A stretch of DNA of 62,973 nucleotides from an uncultured Verrucomicrobiota bacterium (GCA_946055075.1 CAMGEN010000006.1:1-62973), one strand, 5' to 3'. Numbered from the stretch's first letter, positions 1 to 10,136 are shown. Translations and numbers: made by a program. Notes: generated by a model from the letters alone, not told the origin.

Positions 1-9
1 GCGGCGCAT

Positions 10-98
10 CCGACGCGGATTTAGCGAGCACCAGCGCCGAATCGCCCCCGGCTCGGAAACCTTGCGTGCATCAATTCAAAAACGTGGGATAAGGGTGG
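10..98. repeat. 89-bp dispersed repeat, copy 1 (possible IS/MITE end)
   Basis: Ungapped match to 19030-19118 with 5 mismatches (positions 22, 56, 59, 61, 83). Confidence 0.9.
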
Positions 99-188
99 TG
101 GCGTTTCAAAGCCTTGGAAGAAGGACTTATCCAAACGGGTTTTCCGTGGGATAGAGCTGACCGGCCGGTTTCGGGAAGACGACGCAAC

Positions 189-219
189 CCCCTACACCTT
201 CAACCTACCCCTACACCTA
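189..219. repeat. Degenerate hexamer tract (ACCTAC/CCTTCA) at the araD stop
   Basis: 189-208 is 19/20 identical to the reverse complement of 47448-47467. CCTACACCTTCAACCT also occurs at 56882-56897. Confidence 0.75.
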
Positions 220-903
220 CTTCTGTCCGTAATACGCGTTCTTGCCGTGCTTGCGCTGATAGTGTTTCTCACCGACATACGCCGCGAGAGGCGCCTTGTT
301 GCCGAGCTGCTCCGTAAGCCGCGCCATCTTCGCGACCGCCTCGAGCGAGACCGCGTTATCGACGGCCTTCATCACATCGTTCGCCCAGGTGAACGGACCA
401 TGTCCCGCGACCAGCACTCCCGGCACCGCGAGCGGTTCTAGACCTTCGAAGCGTTCGACGATCACCTTGCCGGTATTGAGTTCATATGCGCGATCGACTT
501 CCTCCTCGGTAAGCATCCGCGTCAGCGGAACGTTGCCGTGGAAGCAGTCCGCATGCGTCGTTCCGTAACACGGAATCTCCCGCATCGCCTGAGCCCATGC
601 CGTGGCCTCGAGCGAATGCGTGTGCACGACTCCTCGCACGCCTTCGAACTTGCGATAGAGCTCGAGATGCGTGGGCGTATCGCTCGAAGGATTAAGTTTC
701 CCCTCGACGACTTCGCCGTTGAGGTTCACCACGACCATGTCGCGCGGTTTGAGGAGTCCGTAGGAGACCCCGCTCGGCTTGATCACCACAAGCTCCGTTT
801 CGGGATCGAACGCACTCGCGTTACCCCACGTGAGCACGACGAGTCCCTCATCGCGCAGCCGCATATTGGCGTGATAGACCTTTTTCTTGAGTTCTTCGAG
901 CAT
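217..903 (-). CDS. araD: L-ribulose-5-phosphate 4-epimerase
   Basis: Motifs LTWGNAS, IKPSGVSY, PSSDTPTH, HTHS, GTTHAD, HGPFTW and C-terminal KHGKNAYYGQ. Start set at ATG 903 (MLEELK). Confidence 0.95.
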   Translation of the reverse strand: MLEELKKKVYHANMRLRDEGLVVLTWGNASAFDPETELVVIKPSGVSYGLLKPRDMVVVNLNGEVVEGKLNPSSDTPTHLELYRKFEGVRGVVHTHSLEATAWAQAMREIPCYGTTHADCFHGNVPLTRMLTEEEVDRAYELNTGKVIVERFEGLEPLAVPGVLVAGHGPFTWANDVMKAVDNAVSLEAVAKMARLTEQLGNKAPLAAYVGEKHYQRKHGKNAYYGQK

Positions 904-977
904 GAAATTAAAATCTATGAATTTGGCAAAACACTGATAGTGTAGCAAAAACACCAAGTCCCCTTCAAGCAACTAAC

Positions 978-1017
978 AAAAAAATTGGCGCGAGGTGCCT
1001 GACACCTCGCGCCAATT
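978..1017 (-). terminator. Intrinsic terminator after the ribulokinase gene
   Basis: Perfect 15-bp stem (983-997/1003-1017) with a 5-nt loop, followed by a T run on the minus strand. Confidence 0.85.
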
Positions 1018-1046
1018 GAAAACTCTCTGTCTTTCGCGACGGAAGG

Positions 1047-2642
1047 TTAATCCCTGACGATCGCGGGAATGCCGCGGATCGCGCGCTTGAAGTTGACGAG
1101 ATAAGAGGCAAAGCCCTTCACACCGGTTTTGCACGGCTTCAGGGTGACACTCTTCGCGCCTTTGAAGATCACCTTGGCGAGAAACTCCTCTAAACTGATC
1201 CCCGATCCCTGATCCCTGATCCCTGCGGTTTTGGCCGTGTACGCGGCCAGAACCGCCATTCCCCATGCCCCGCCCTCACCGGCGGTGGACATGCAGGTGA
1301 CCGGCGCATTGAGCGCGTCCGCGAGAAACTGCTGCGCGACCTTCGGAGTCTTGAAGAGTCCGCCGTGTCCCGTCACCTTGGTGAGCTTCATGCCCTCGCC
1401 AGCGACGAGATCGAGTCCGATCTTCATCGTCGCGAGCGCCGAGTAGATATTCGCACGCATGAAGTTGGCGAGCGAAAAATCGGCGTTAGGAAAACGGACC
1501 GTCATCGGCACCGCTTCGTTCATGTGCACGAGCGGCTCCCCGGAAAGATACGGAACGGTCACGACGCCTGCGCAGTCCGGAGCGCCTTTGAGCGACTCCT
1601 TGAAAAGGTAATCGTAGGCGTTAGAACCCCGCAACTTTGAAACCTTGCAACCCTGCAACCCCTCGAAGAGCTTCACCCATGCGTTGATGTCGCTGGTGCA
1701 GGTATTGGCGTGGCTCATCGCCGCCTGCGCGCCGGTGGGCGAATTGACGATGTCGATCTCGGTGTAGAGCTTCTTCAATGGCTTAGCGAGAATCGCGGTT
1801 CCGAAGATCGAGGTGCCAGCGGAGACGTTCATCTCACCGGGTGCGACCGCATTCGTCGCGACCATGCCGGTCTGCACATCGCCTTCCGGCGGCGCAAATA
1901 CGGCACCCGCGGCGAGTTCGCCGCTGGGATCGAGGAGTTTCGCGCCCTTCGCGGTAAGATACCCTCCGATCGCGCCCGCAGGAAGCGCTTTCGGCAGGAT
2001 GTCCTTGAGCTTCCACGGATACTTCTTCTTTGCGCAGAGGGCGTCGAACTTCTTCACCATCTTCGCGTCGTAGTCCTTCGCGACCGCGTCGATCGGGAAC
2101 ATGCCGCTCGCCTCGCCGAAGCCCATCGTTTTCTCGCCGGTGAGGAGGAAATGCATGTAACCGGCGAGCGTAGTGAGAAACGCGATGTCCTTCACCTCCT
2201 TGCCATCGTCGAGAACGCGCTGGTAAAGGTGGGCGATCGACCAGCGCTGCGGAATCGCGAAGCCGAACGCCTTCGTGAGCGCCGTCGCCGCGGGAGCGGT
2301 GATCGTGCAGCGCCAGGTGCGGAACTCCGCGAGCTGCTTCCCGTTCTTGTCGAACGGCAGATAACCGTGCATCATGCCGGAGATGCCGATCGCGTCCAGC
2401 GCGGCGATTCTGCCGCGGTAGTTCTTCTTCAGTTCCGCGTAGGCGGACTGCATACCCTTGACAGCATCGGACATCCTGTACGACCACACTCCGCCGGGTA
2501 GCAGTCTGTTCTCCCACCCGTAGCCGCCCTGCGCGAGCACCTTGCCCTTCTCGTCGCAGAGCACCGCCTTAATGCGGGTCGACCCGAACTCGATTCCGAG
2601 AATTAAGCGATTTGACGAAGAACCTTTCATTGCACGAGCCAT
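1047..2642 (-). CDS. araB: FGGY-family sugar kinase, likely L-ribulokinase
   Basis: LGIEFGSTRIKA, GISGMMHGYL, SAGTS and GHGGLFKT motifs; lies between araA and araD. The ORF-track extension to 2768 is repeat-derived. Confidence 0.85.
   Translation of the reverse strand: MARAMKGSSSNRLILGIEFGSTRIKAVLCDEKGKVLAQGGYGWENRLLPGGVWSYRMSDAVKGMQSAYAELKKNYRGRIAALDAIGISGMMHGYLPFDKNGKQLAEFRTWRCTITAPAATALTKAFGFAIPQRWSIAHLYQRVLDDGKEVKDIAFLTTLAGYMHFLLTGEKTMGFGEASGMFPIDAVAKDYDAKMVKKFDALCAKKKYPWKLKDILPKALPAGAIGGYLTAKGAKLLDPSGELAAGAVFAPPEGDVQTGMVATNAVAPGEMNVSAGTSIFGTAILAKPLKKLYTEIDIVNSPTGAQAAMSHANTCTSDINAWVKLFEGLQGCKVSKLRGSNAYDYLFKESLKGAPDCAGVVTVPYLSGEPLVHMNEAVPMTVRFPNADFSLANFMRANIYSALATMKIGLDLVAGEGMKLTKVTGHGGLFKTPKVAQQFLADALNAPVTCMSTAGEGGAWGMAVLAAYTAKTAGIRDQGSGISLEEFLAKVIFKGAKSVTLKPCKTGVKGFASYLVNFKRAIRGIPAIVRD
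1197..1224. repeat. In-frame heptamer tract (GATCCCT)x4 in the ribulokinase gene
   Basis: Encodes GIRDQGSGI. Confidence 0.85.
1631..1662. repeat. In-frame degenerate octamer tract (GCAACCCT)x4 in the ribulokinase gene
   Basis: gcaacttt gaaacctt gcaaccct gcaacccc, encoding GLQGCKVSKLR. Confidence 0.7.
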
Positions 2643-2644
2643 TG

Positions 2645-2679
2645 TGGTAGTCGGTAGATGGTAGTTGGTAGATGGTAGA
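2645..2679. repeat. Heptamer tract (TGGTAGW)x5 filling the araA-araB spacer
   Basis: tggtagt cggtaga tggtagt tggtaga tggtaga, between the araA stop and the araB ATG. Confidence 0.9.
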
Positions 2680-4158
2680 TTAGCGGAGTTTCCACGCGAG
2701 GTCGGCGAGGAAGAGTTCCTGTTCAAGCTTCTCGGGAGTCGTATCCTTCGTGATGTGCACGAATTCAATGCCCATGATTCGCGCCCAATCTGCCATCTGT
2801 TCGGCCGTGACGTCGTAAGTCAGGACCGTATGATGCGCGCCGCCGGCCTGGATCCAGCATTCGACACCGGTGGTGACGTTCGGCATCGCCTTCCACATCA
2901 CGCGGGCGACGGGGAGGTTTGGCATCTTGTAGATCGGCTTGATCACCTTGATGTCCTGGCAGATCAGACGGTAGCGTCCGCCCATGTCGACGAGCGAGAG
3001 GACGATCGCGTCGCCCGGGTGACCCTCGAAGACGAGACGCGCGGGATCGGCCTTTCCGCCGATGCCGAGCGGATGCACTTCGATCTTCGGCTTCGCTGCG
3101 GCGATCGTGGGACACACCTCGAGCATATGCGCGCCGAGCGAGCAGGCCTTGCCCTTCGCGAGCTCGTAGGTGTAGTCCTCCATGAACGCGGTACCGCCGG
3201 TCTTCCCTTCAGACATCGCCTTGACGACCGCGGTCATCGCCGAGACCTTCCAGTCGCCTTCCGCGCCGTACCCGTAGCCCTGCGCCATCAGACGCTGCGA
3301 GGCGAGACCGGGAAGCTGCTCCATGCCGTAGAGATCCTCGAAGGTGTTGGCAAATGCCCTGCAGCCCTCGGAATCCAGCAGCTTCTTCATCGCGATCTCC
3401 TCCTTGGCCTGGTAACGGACCGCCGCGAGGTTCTTCGTATTGAATGTGTAGAGCTTCTTATATTCCTTCATCAGCGCGTCGACTTCCTTGTCGGTGACCG
3501 CGTCGATGTATTCGACAAGCTTGCCGACCGGCCAGGTGTTCACCTGCCAGCCGAGCTTCTCTTGGACCCCGACCTTGTCGCCCTCGGTGACCGCGACATT
3601 GCGCATGTTGTCGCCGAAGCGCATGACCTTGAGATCCTTTGAAAACGCGACGCCGACGGCAACGCGCATCCAGTCGCCGATGCGACGGACCACATCCTTG
3701 TCCTTCCAGTAGCCGGCGATGACCTTGCGCGGCATCCGGAGCCGCGCTGCGATAAAGCCGTGTTCACGATCGCCGTGCGCGGCCTGGTTGAGGTTCATGA
3801 AGTCCATGTCAATGCCCTTGTCGGGAATGGACTCGTTGTACTGCGTCGCGAAGTGGAGATACGGCTTCTGCAGGAGCTTGAGTCCGTTCAGCCACATCTT
3901 CGACGGCGAGAACGTATGGCACCAGGTGATAATGCCGGCGCAGTTATCCGCGTAGTTCGCGGCCTTGACGGCATCGGTCGCCTCCTCGGGGGTCTTCACC
4001 GTCGTCTTGTAGACGATCCTGCACGGCAGCAGTTTCGTCGCATTCATCTTCGCGACCATCTCTTCGGCGCGCTTCGCGACTGTATCCAAAACCTCAGGTC
4101 CGTACAGATACTGCGAACCGACGACGAACCAGAACTCGTAATCCTTCATTGTCTTCAT
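2680..4158 (-). CDS. araA: L-arabinose isomerase
   Basis: FWFVVGSQYLYG, HTFSPSKMW, MNLNQAAHGDRE, GAEGDWK, FMEDYTY, GAHMLEVCP and GGAHH motifs; 492 aa. Confidence 0.97.
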   Translation of the reverse strand: MKTMKDYEFWFVVGSQYLYGPEVLDTVAKRAEEMVAKMNATKLLPCRIVYKTTVKTPEEATDAVKAANYADNCAGIITWCHTFSPSKMWLNGLKLLQKPYLHFATQYNESIPDKGIDMDFMNLNQAAHGDREHGFIAARLRMPRKVIAGYWKDKDVVRRIGDWMRVAVGVAFSKDLKVMRFGDNMRNVAVTEGDKVGVQEKLGWQVNTWPVGKLVEYIDAVTDKEVDALMKEYKKLYTFNTKNLAAVRYQAKEEIAMKKLLDSEGCRAFANTFEDLYGMEQLPGLASQRLMAQGYGYGAEGDWKVSAMTAVVKAMSEGKTGGTAFMEDYTYELAKGKACSLGAHMLEVCPTIAAAKPKIEVHPLGIGGKADPARLVFEGHPGDAIVLSLVDMGGRYRLICQDIKVIKPIYKMPNLPVARVMWKAMPNVTTGVECWIQAGGAHHTVLTYDVTAEQMADWARIMGIEFVHITKDTTPEKLEQELFLADLAWKLR

Positions 4159-4215
4159 GTTGATACTCCTTGATTAGAAAATTGAAAATAGGTTGAGTTG
4201 GACAGCGGACGGGCA

Positions 4216-5955
4216 TCAGTTGAGCCACGTCCAGAAATACGCGTAAGCCGCGATGACGCAACCGACGACGAAAATCGAGGCGACCACATCAATCCAGTTC
4301 CACGATTCGCGGTTCTCCTTCTTGTAATCGGGAGAGAGACACGCGAAGCAGAGCCCGTCCTGATGTGCGGCATCCGGCGACGGCGCGGTAAGCGAGGCGG
4401 TGATCACAATCGCGAACGAGAGCGCGAGGAGAATTCCCGAGAAATAGAAGTCCTGGACGAACGCGAAACCGTCCGCCCCGCCCCAGATCGCGTTCGCGCC
4501 TAGTTTGGCCATGCCGAGAAGGAAACCCACAGAGAGTCCCCAGACCGCGCCGCGCAGGTTCATGCGCTTCCAGCAGAGACCAAGCACGAATACCGCGACG
4601 ATCGGCGGCGCGAGGAACGACTGAACGGACTGGATGTACTGGTAGAGTCCGCCGCCGGAGATCGCCTTCATGATCGGCAGCCACAGGAGTCCGAGCGCGG
4701 TCATCACGACCGTGGTGGCACGTCCGATGACAACGAGCTTCTTCTGGCTCGTTTCGGGCTTGAGCTTCTGATAGACGTCGACGGTAAAGAGCGTTGACAC
4801 CGAATTGAAAAGCGAGGCGAGCGAACTCATGAGAGCCGCGATCATGCCCGCGACGACGAGTCCGCGGAAGCCGGTCGGCAGCAGCGTCTGCACGAGCGTC
4901 GGGAAGACGGTGTCGCCGTTGAGCGCGCCGGACTCCTTGAGCGGAATCGCGAAGGCCGCGCCGTTGATGACGACATGATTGTGGTGAAGCGCGAAACCGA
5001 GCATGCCGGGAACGAGGAAGAGGAACACCGGCGCGAGTTTGAGGAAGCCGCCCCAGATCGCGCCGCGTCGGGCGTTGGGGAGGTTCTTCGCCGCGAGCGT
5101 GCGCTGGATGATGAACTGGTCGGTGCACCAGTACCAGACGCCGATGGTGGCGGAAGCGACGATGACTCCGAGCCACGGAAACGCCTTATGGGAGAGCGTA
5201 TGCCAGAGACCGAACTGCTCGACGTTGCCGGTGGACTTGATCGTCGCCTTCAGCACCTGCCAGCCGTCCGTCACGCTCTGCGCGGTAGTGCCGTCCGGCA
5301 GCGCGATGCCCGAATGGCCGAGATGATAAAGCGCGAATGCGGTAACGGAAAGCGTGCCCGCGAGGATGATGCTGGTCTGGACAAGATCGGTGTAGACGAC
5401 CGCGGAGAGTCCGCCGATCGACGAGTAGAGACCGGCTAGGACGACCGTCGCGACCGCGCCGATCCAGAAGGAGGTAATCACGGTGCCTCCGATGGTGATC
5501 TGCATCTCGGGCATCATCACCTCGAAGAACAATGCGCCCGCGAAGACGGTGACGGAAATCTTGGTAAGCACGTACGCCGCGAGCGAGACGAGTGAAAGGA
5601 TCCAGCGCGCCTTGGCGCCGAAGCGACGCTCGAGAAACTCTGGCATCGTGGAGACGCCGCTCTTATAGTAGAACGGCAGGAACACCCAGCTCATCATGAC
5701 GAGCACCCAGGCCTGCAGCTCCCAATGGGACTGAGACAGCCCCGCCACCGCGCCAGAACCGGCGAGCCCGATCAGATGCTCCGAGCCGATGTTCGCCGCG
5801 AAGATGGACGCGCCAATCGCAAGCCATCCAACCGACCTACCGCCCAGGAACAGATCCTCGCCAGACTCGATCTTCCGGCGCTTGATCGTGAAAACCACTA
5901 CTCCGGCCAGCAGCGCGAAATATGCGAGAATCATCACCCAATCCAGGAATTGCAT
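4216..5955 (-). CDS. Sodium:solute symporter (SGLT-like), probable arabinose uptake
   Basis: FAANIGSEHLIGLAGSG, TMPEFLERRF and WYWCTDQFIIQR motifs with many TM helices. Start at MQFLDW, preceded by AGGAGAGG. Confidence 0.92.
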   Translation of the reverse strand: MQFLDWVMILAYFALLAGVVVFTIKRRKIESGEDLFLGGRSVGWLAIGASIFAANIGSEHLIGLAGSGAVAGLSQSHWELQAWVLVMMSWVFLPFYYKSGVSTMPEFLERRFGAKARWILSLVSLAAYVLTKISVTVFAGALFFEVMMPEMQITIGGTVITSFWIGAVATVVLAGLYSSIGGLSAVVYTDLVQTSIILAGTLSVTAFALYHLGHSGIALPDGTTAQSVTDGWQVLKATIKSTGNVEQFGLWHTLSHKAFPWLGVIVASATIGVWYWCTDQFIIQRTLAAKNLPNARRGAIWGGFLKLAPVFLFLVPGMLGFALHHNHVVINGAAFAIPLKESGALNGDTVFPTLVQTLLPTGFRGLVVAGMIAALMSSLASLFNSVSTLFTVDVYQKLKPETSQKKLVVIGRATTVVMTALGLLWLPIMKAISGGGLYQYIQSVQSFLAPPIVAVFVLGLCWKRMNLRGAVWGLSVGFLLGMAKLGANAIWGGADGFAFVQDFYFSGILLALSFAIVITASLTAPSPDAAHQDGLCFACLSPDYKKENRESWNWIDVVASIFVVGCVIAAYAYFWTWLN

Positions 5956-5984
5956 ATACCCTCTCCTTGTATTGTTGCTGATAA

Positions 5985-6300
5985 TTATAACAAAAAACCA
6001 ACGAAAATCGGGAAAAATTCCGTCGCCCCGGTCAGATCCACCTGATAGATACCGCCGCGGAAACGCGGCACCATGTCCCACGAGAACTCGCGCTCGAGAA
6101 CCAGCAGTGCTCCGTCCGACAACACGCAGAGATCCGCGACACCGCGGACCAGAATGCCCTTGAAGGCCATTCCGTGCAGCTTTTCCACCGGATACGCCCA
6201 TTGTCCGGAGAGCCGCCACGGCGACAACCCGTCAGCAGCACGGTGAACATCGCAGCCGTCAACGGGTTCGCCGACGAAAGGACACCGGACAAGACATCTC
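5985..6300 (-). pseudogene. Remnant of an esterase-like/phytase-like beta-propeller gene
   Basis: The fragment QWAYPVE...GVADLCVLSDGALLVLEREFS...IYQVD resembles this family. There is no intact N- or C-terminus, and the boundaries are approximate. Confidence 0.55.
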
Positions 6301-6317
6301 CCGCGCCGGTATGTCCG

Positions 6318-8036
6318 TCACACGCGCTCGGATTCAAGGCTCTTGAGGAACTCGTCGAGAGTCATCGCCCCGAGATCGCCCTCACCACTCTTGCGGACCG
6401 ACACCGTTCCGGCAGCCTCATCACGAGGACCGACGACCAGCTTGTACGGAACCTTCCAGTTGGACGCCTCGCGGATCTTCGCACCGAGTTTCTCGGCGGA
6501 AGAATCAACTTCGACGCGATAACCGGCGGCCTGAATCTTCGACTGGATCTGCTTCGCGTAATCAAGCGCCTTGTCGGAAATCGGTAGCACGCGGATCTGC
6601 TCCGGCGCCAGCCAGAACGGGAACGCGCCCGCATAATGTTCGATGAGAATACCGATGAAACGCTCGAGCGAACCAAGAACGGCGCGGTGGAGCATCACTG
6701 GATGATGCTTCTTGCCGTCCGCACCGATGTACTCGGCGTTGAGACGCTCCGCGCTCGGCAGCTGATAGTCGAGCTGGATCGTGCCGCACTGCCACTGACG
6801 GGCGAGCGCGTCGACGAGCGTGAACTCGAGCTTCGGACCGTAGAACGCGCCCTCGCCGGGCTGGATCTCGTAATCCATCCCCGCCGCCTTGCACGCGGCC
6901 GCCAGCGCCTTCTCGGCGTGCTGCCAGGTCGCGATCTCGCCGACATGGTCTTCGGGCATGGTGGAAAGCTTGACGAGCAGATTCTTCTCGAAGCCGAAGT
7001 CGGAATAGACGTCCTTGAGAAGACGGCAGAACTTGGCGACCTCCTCCTCGATCTGGTCCTCCGTGCAGAGGATGTGCGCATCGTCCTGAACAAATCCACG
7101 TACACGCATAATACCGTGCAGAGTTCCGCTGGGCTCGTTACGCGCGCAATGACCGAACTCGGCGAGACGGAGCGGCAGATCCTTGTAGCTGCGCGTGCGG
7201 CTCTTGAAGATCTCGATCGCGCCTGGGCAGTTCATCGGCTTCACCGCGAAGAGACGCTTCTCGCTCTCGGTGACAAACATGTTCTTCTGATAGTGCCCCC
7301 AGTGTCCGCTGCGCTCCCAGAGCGAACGCGGCATGAGCGCCGGCGTATTGACCTCGCGGTAACCGTCTTCGATGATCTTCCGGCGCATATAATCCTGAAG
7401 CGTGACATAGACAGACCACCCGCGCGGATGCCAGAAGATCTGCCCCGGATTCTCGGGATCGATGTGGAAGAGATCGAGTTCGACACCGAGCTTGCGATGA
7501 TCGCGGCGCTTCGCCTCCTCGGCGCGTGCGACAATCTCGTCGAGCTCTGCCTGATCCTTCGCAATAATGCCGTAGACGCGCTGGAGCATCTTGTTCTTAA
7601 CATCACCGCGGTAATAGGATCCAGCGACGCGCATGAGCTTGACGACACCGATCTGCTTGGAATGCTCAACGTGAGGACCGCGGCACATCTCGACGTAGTC
7701 GCCGACCGCATAGGTCGAGATCGCGACCCCGTCCGCAACGACATCCGCGAGGCGCTCGAGCTTGTACTGCTGACCCGCGAGCAGCTCCTTTGCCTCATCA
7801 GCAGAAACCTCTTTCTTCACAAAAGGCTCGTCGAGCGCGATCAGACGGGCGATTTCCGCCTCGATCTTCGGAAAATCCTCGGGAGAAAGACGATGCGGAA
7901 GGTCGAAATCATAATAAAAGCCGTCGTCGGTAGCAGGACCGATATCCACCTGCACGTTCTCGAAAATGTTCATGATCGCACGCGCCATCATGTGCGCGGC
8001 AGAATGCCTTCTCATCTCAACGGTAATTTCAGCCAT
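6318..8036 (-). CDS. thrS: Threonine--tRNA ligase (lacks the N-terminal TGS domain)
   Basis: RHSAAH, GFYYDF, RDHRKLG, KPMNCPG, GAFYGPK and WQCGTIQLD motifs. Confidence 0.98.
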   Translation of the reverse strand: MAEITVEMRRHSAAHMMARAIMNIFENVQVDIGPATDDGFYYDFDLPHRLSPEDFPKIEAEIARLIALDEPFVKKEVSADEAKELLAGQQYKLERLADVVADGVAISTYAVGDYVEMCRGPHVEHSKQIGVVKLMRVAGSYYRGDVKNKMLQRVYGIIAKDQAELDEIVARAEEAKRRDHRKLGVELDLFHIDPENPGQIFWHPRGWSVYVTLQDYMRRKIIEDGYREVNTPALMPRSLWERSGHWGHYQKNMFVTESEKRLFAVKPMNCPGAIEIFKSRTRSYKDLPLRLAEFGHCARNEPSGTLHGIMRVRGFVQDDAHILCTEDQIEEEVAKFCRLLKDVYSDFGFEKNLLVKLSTMPEDHVGEIATWQHAEKALAAACKAAGMDYEIQPGEGAFYGPKLEFTLVDALARQWQCGTIQLDYQLPSAERLNAEYIGADGKKHHPVMLHRAVLGSLERFIGILIEHYAGAFPFWLAPEQIRVLPISDKALDYAKQIQSKIQAAGYRVEVDSSAEKLGAKIREASNWKVPYKLVVGPRDEAAGTVSVRKSGEGDLGAMTLDEFLKSLESERV

Positions 8037-8122
8037 AACTCTCCTTTGAAATATGGCCTATTATTATATCACAATTCGCGGTAAATGTGCCGTGAATTGT
8101 GATATTACCTAATAAAACCAAA

Positions 8123-10120
8123 TCACATCATCTTACCGGCGAGAGCGTTCAGTCGATCGATCCAAAGCGTACCGAGATCATTCTTGCGCTTCATATGTTC
8201 GGTAACCGCAACCACGAAAGGATTAGTCTCAAAGGTCCCACGAACCCCTTCGAAGTCAGCCTCCGTCGTAGCTCCGAGGCCATCAAAGCCGAAACCCGTC
8301 TTGGTCGACAGCGAGAACTCCTTCTTCGCGTCGTCATAAAGCATCCTGTCAAGCTTCATCACCGATTCGCGCCAACGCCGAATGATCATTACGAGGTCAC
8401 GATAAGAGATCTCATCCTCTCTGAGCCCGTAGTAGCGCAGCATCAGATCATATGCCCAGGTCCACTCGTAATCGTAATAGCGATCCTGGAGTTCGGTGAA
8501 TCTCGCGTCAAGTTCATCGCACGAACCAACAATCCCATTCTCAACATCATTGAGAATCGCGCTCACGCGGGAATGCGGCGCAAGGAGTCCGGACAGATCA
8601 ACCCAATCGCCGCCGCCTGCGAGTTCCGTTGGACGCAATCCGCTCAGGTAATCCCCGTTCTTGACCTTCTCCAATCGGGAAATCAGCGAATTACCGAGGA
8701 ACTTGTCAATCGCCATCTGATAGAAGTCGATGCCCTTCTCCAACGCCGCATTGGTAATCCTCGCGCTCTGATAAGCGTAGGTATCGCTGGTAGCACCAGA
8801 AAGCGAACGCAGATTCTCAAGAATAGCGATGCCGCGGACCATCTTATCTATCGTATACGGGGAAAGCAGATTGAAGTTGACCTTGTCCAGACGCCCTTCC
8901 AGTGCCCTGCGGTCCCGTTTTGGCCATTTCTGCACGTCGCGGATCGTACCGACGCTCCGGAGGTTGACCCCTGGGACCAGGTACGTAACGCCCTTAGACT
9001 CGATCAGATAGGAAAACGGCAGATTCGAAGTGTCGGGATTGGTCGTGTGACGTCCCATCACCAGCGAAAAGGCGCCGATCCTCGCAGGCCACAGAATATA
9101 AGAGTCGGACGACGTCTTGGATCCGCGTTCAAGCGCTCCCTGATGAATCGGTCCGAGCTTGTACATGTGATTGGACTGATTGGATCCAGAGCCGGCATTC
9201 ATGAAGCTGAACATACCAGCGATAAGCAACGTGGACTTGTGGTGCGTCACAGTGAAGGGTCCGGCAAAAACCGCGCACGCTTCGCCGTTCTCCTCCTGGC
9301 AGTTGCAGAAGAAGAGCGAATCGGAAGCGGAATAACCATGGCCAAGCTCGCAGGACTGGCCAACATAGCAACGCGTGATCCGCGTACAGTCTTCGACGCT
9401 GGACCCATTCTGAACGATGAAGTCATCGGCGATGACACCGCGACCGATGACCACCGGTGAATCCACTCGACTCATCAGCGAACCATTCGACAGGCGGGCA
9501 GCCCCATCAACCACCGCACCGTCACCGATGTATACGCCCCTGACGAGTCCAGTGTCGATGATCGTGACCCCAGAGCCGATATGTCCGCGGGAAGAACGAA
9601 CCGCGTCCGCACGCTCCTTCGCGAAACGCTTGAGCGCCGCGACCAGTTTCGGACGATGACGATACATGGCTTCGAGATATGCCTCATGCGCAGTCAATCG
9701 TGTGTGAATCGTAACCTCACGACCGCCGGTCTCATTCAGGACCGACACCTCGACGCCGTTACCGAAACACGACTCACCGTCCACATAGATCTTGTCGACG
9801 TTGCCGATATGCGTTCCAGCACCGATATCGTAATTTGCGATGTAGCTGCGGATATTGGACAACCGGCAGTCGTCGCCGACGGTGACATTATGCAAAGTCG
9901 CATGATAAATGCCTGAAGGTCTGCTGACTCCGCCGGGGAACTCGTAGGATCTACGGAATGCGCCAATGCGGCAAACGCCGGAAAACACAACGTCATGCAC
10001 CCTCGCCGCATCAAACCCGTCCGTGACCTCCAGCTTATTCCAATCCTCACTGGAGCAGCCGTTACGCTCCAGCAACGAAATCTCAGCAGGATTAAGTCTG
10101 CGAAAAGAACCTTCAATCAT
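8123..10120 (-). CDS. DUF4954-like protein (left-handed beta-helix region)
   Basis: 665 aa with NETGGREV, PFTVTHHKSTLLIA and NQSNHMYKLGP motifs. Confidence 0.75.
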   Translation of the reverse strand: MIEGSFRRLNPAEISLLERNGCSSEDWNKLEVTDGFDAARVHDVVFSGVCRIGAFRRSYEFPGGVSRPSGIYHATLHNVTVGDDCRLSNIRSYIANYDIGAGTHIGNVDKIYVDGESCFGNGVEVSVLNETGGREVTIHTRLTAHEAYLEAMYRHRPKLVAALKRFAKERADAVRSSRGHIGSGVTIIDTGLVRGVYIGDGAVVDGAARLSNGSLMSRVDSPVVIGRGVIADDFIVQNGSSVEDCTRITRCYVGQSCELGHGYSASDSLFFCNCQEENGEACAVFAGPFTVTHHKSTLLIAGMFSFMNAGSGSNQSNHMYKLGPIHQGALERGSKTSSDSYILWPARIGAFSLVMGRHTTNPDTSNLPFSYLIESKGVTYLVPGVNLRSVGTIRDVQKWPKRDRRALEGRLDKVNFNLLSPYTIDKMVRGIAILENLRSLSGATSDTYAYQSARITNAALEKGIDFYQMAIDKFLGNSLISRLEKVKNGDYLSGLRPTELAGGGDWVDLSGLLAPHSRVSAILNDVENGIVGSCDELDARFTELQDRYYDYEWTWAYDLMLRYYGLREDEISYRDLVMIIRRWRESVMKLDRMLYDDAKKEFSLSTKTGFGFDGLGATTEADFEGVRGTFETNPFVVAVTEHMKRKNDLGTLWIDRLNALAGKMM

Positions 10121-10136
10121 AAGAAAAGCTCCTTAG

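Noticed and set aside
2643-2768. ORF-track N-terminal extensions (ribulokinase to 2768, SSS to 6219, yggS to 16990, ychJ to 35187, U32 to 39216)
   Set aside because: They overlap upstream genes or repeat tracts; homology and Shine-Dalgarno signals point to later starts.
6636-9460. Long plus-strand ORFs 6636-8084 and 8099-9460 (also 2665-3642, 25789-27435, 29207-30448, 49599-50858, 59538-60944)
   Set aside because: They are antisense shadows of well-supported genes in GC-rich DNA and contain no recognisable motifs.
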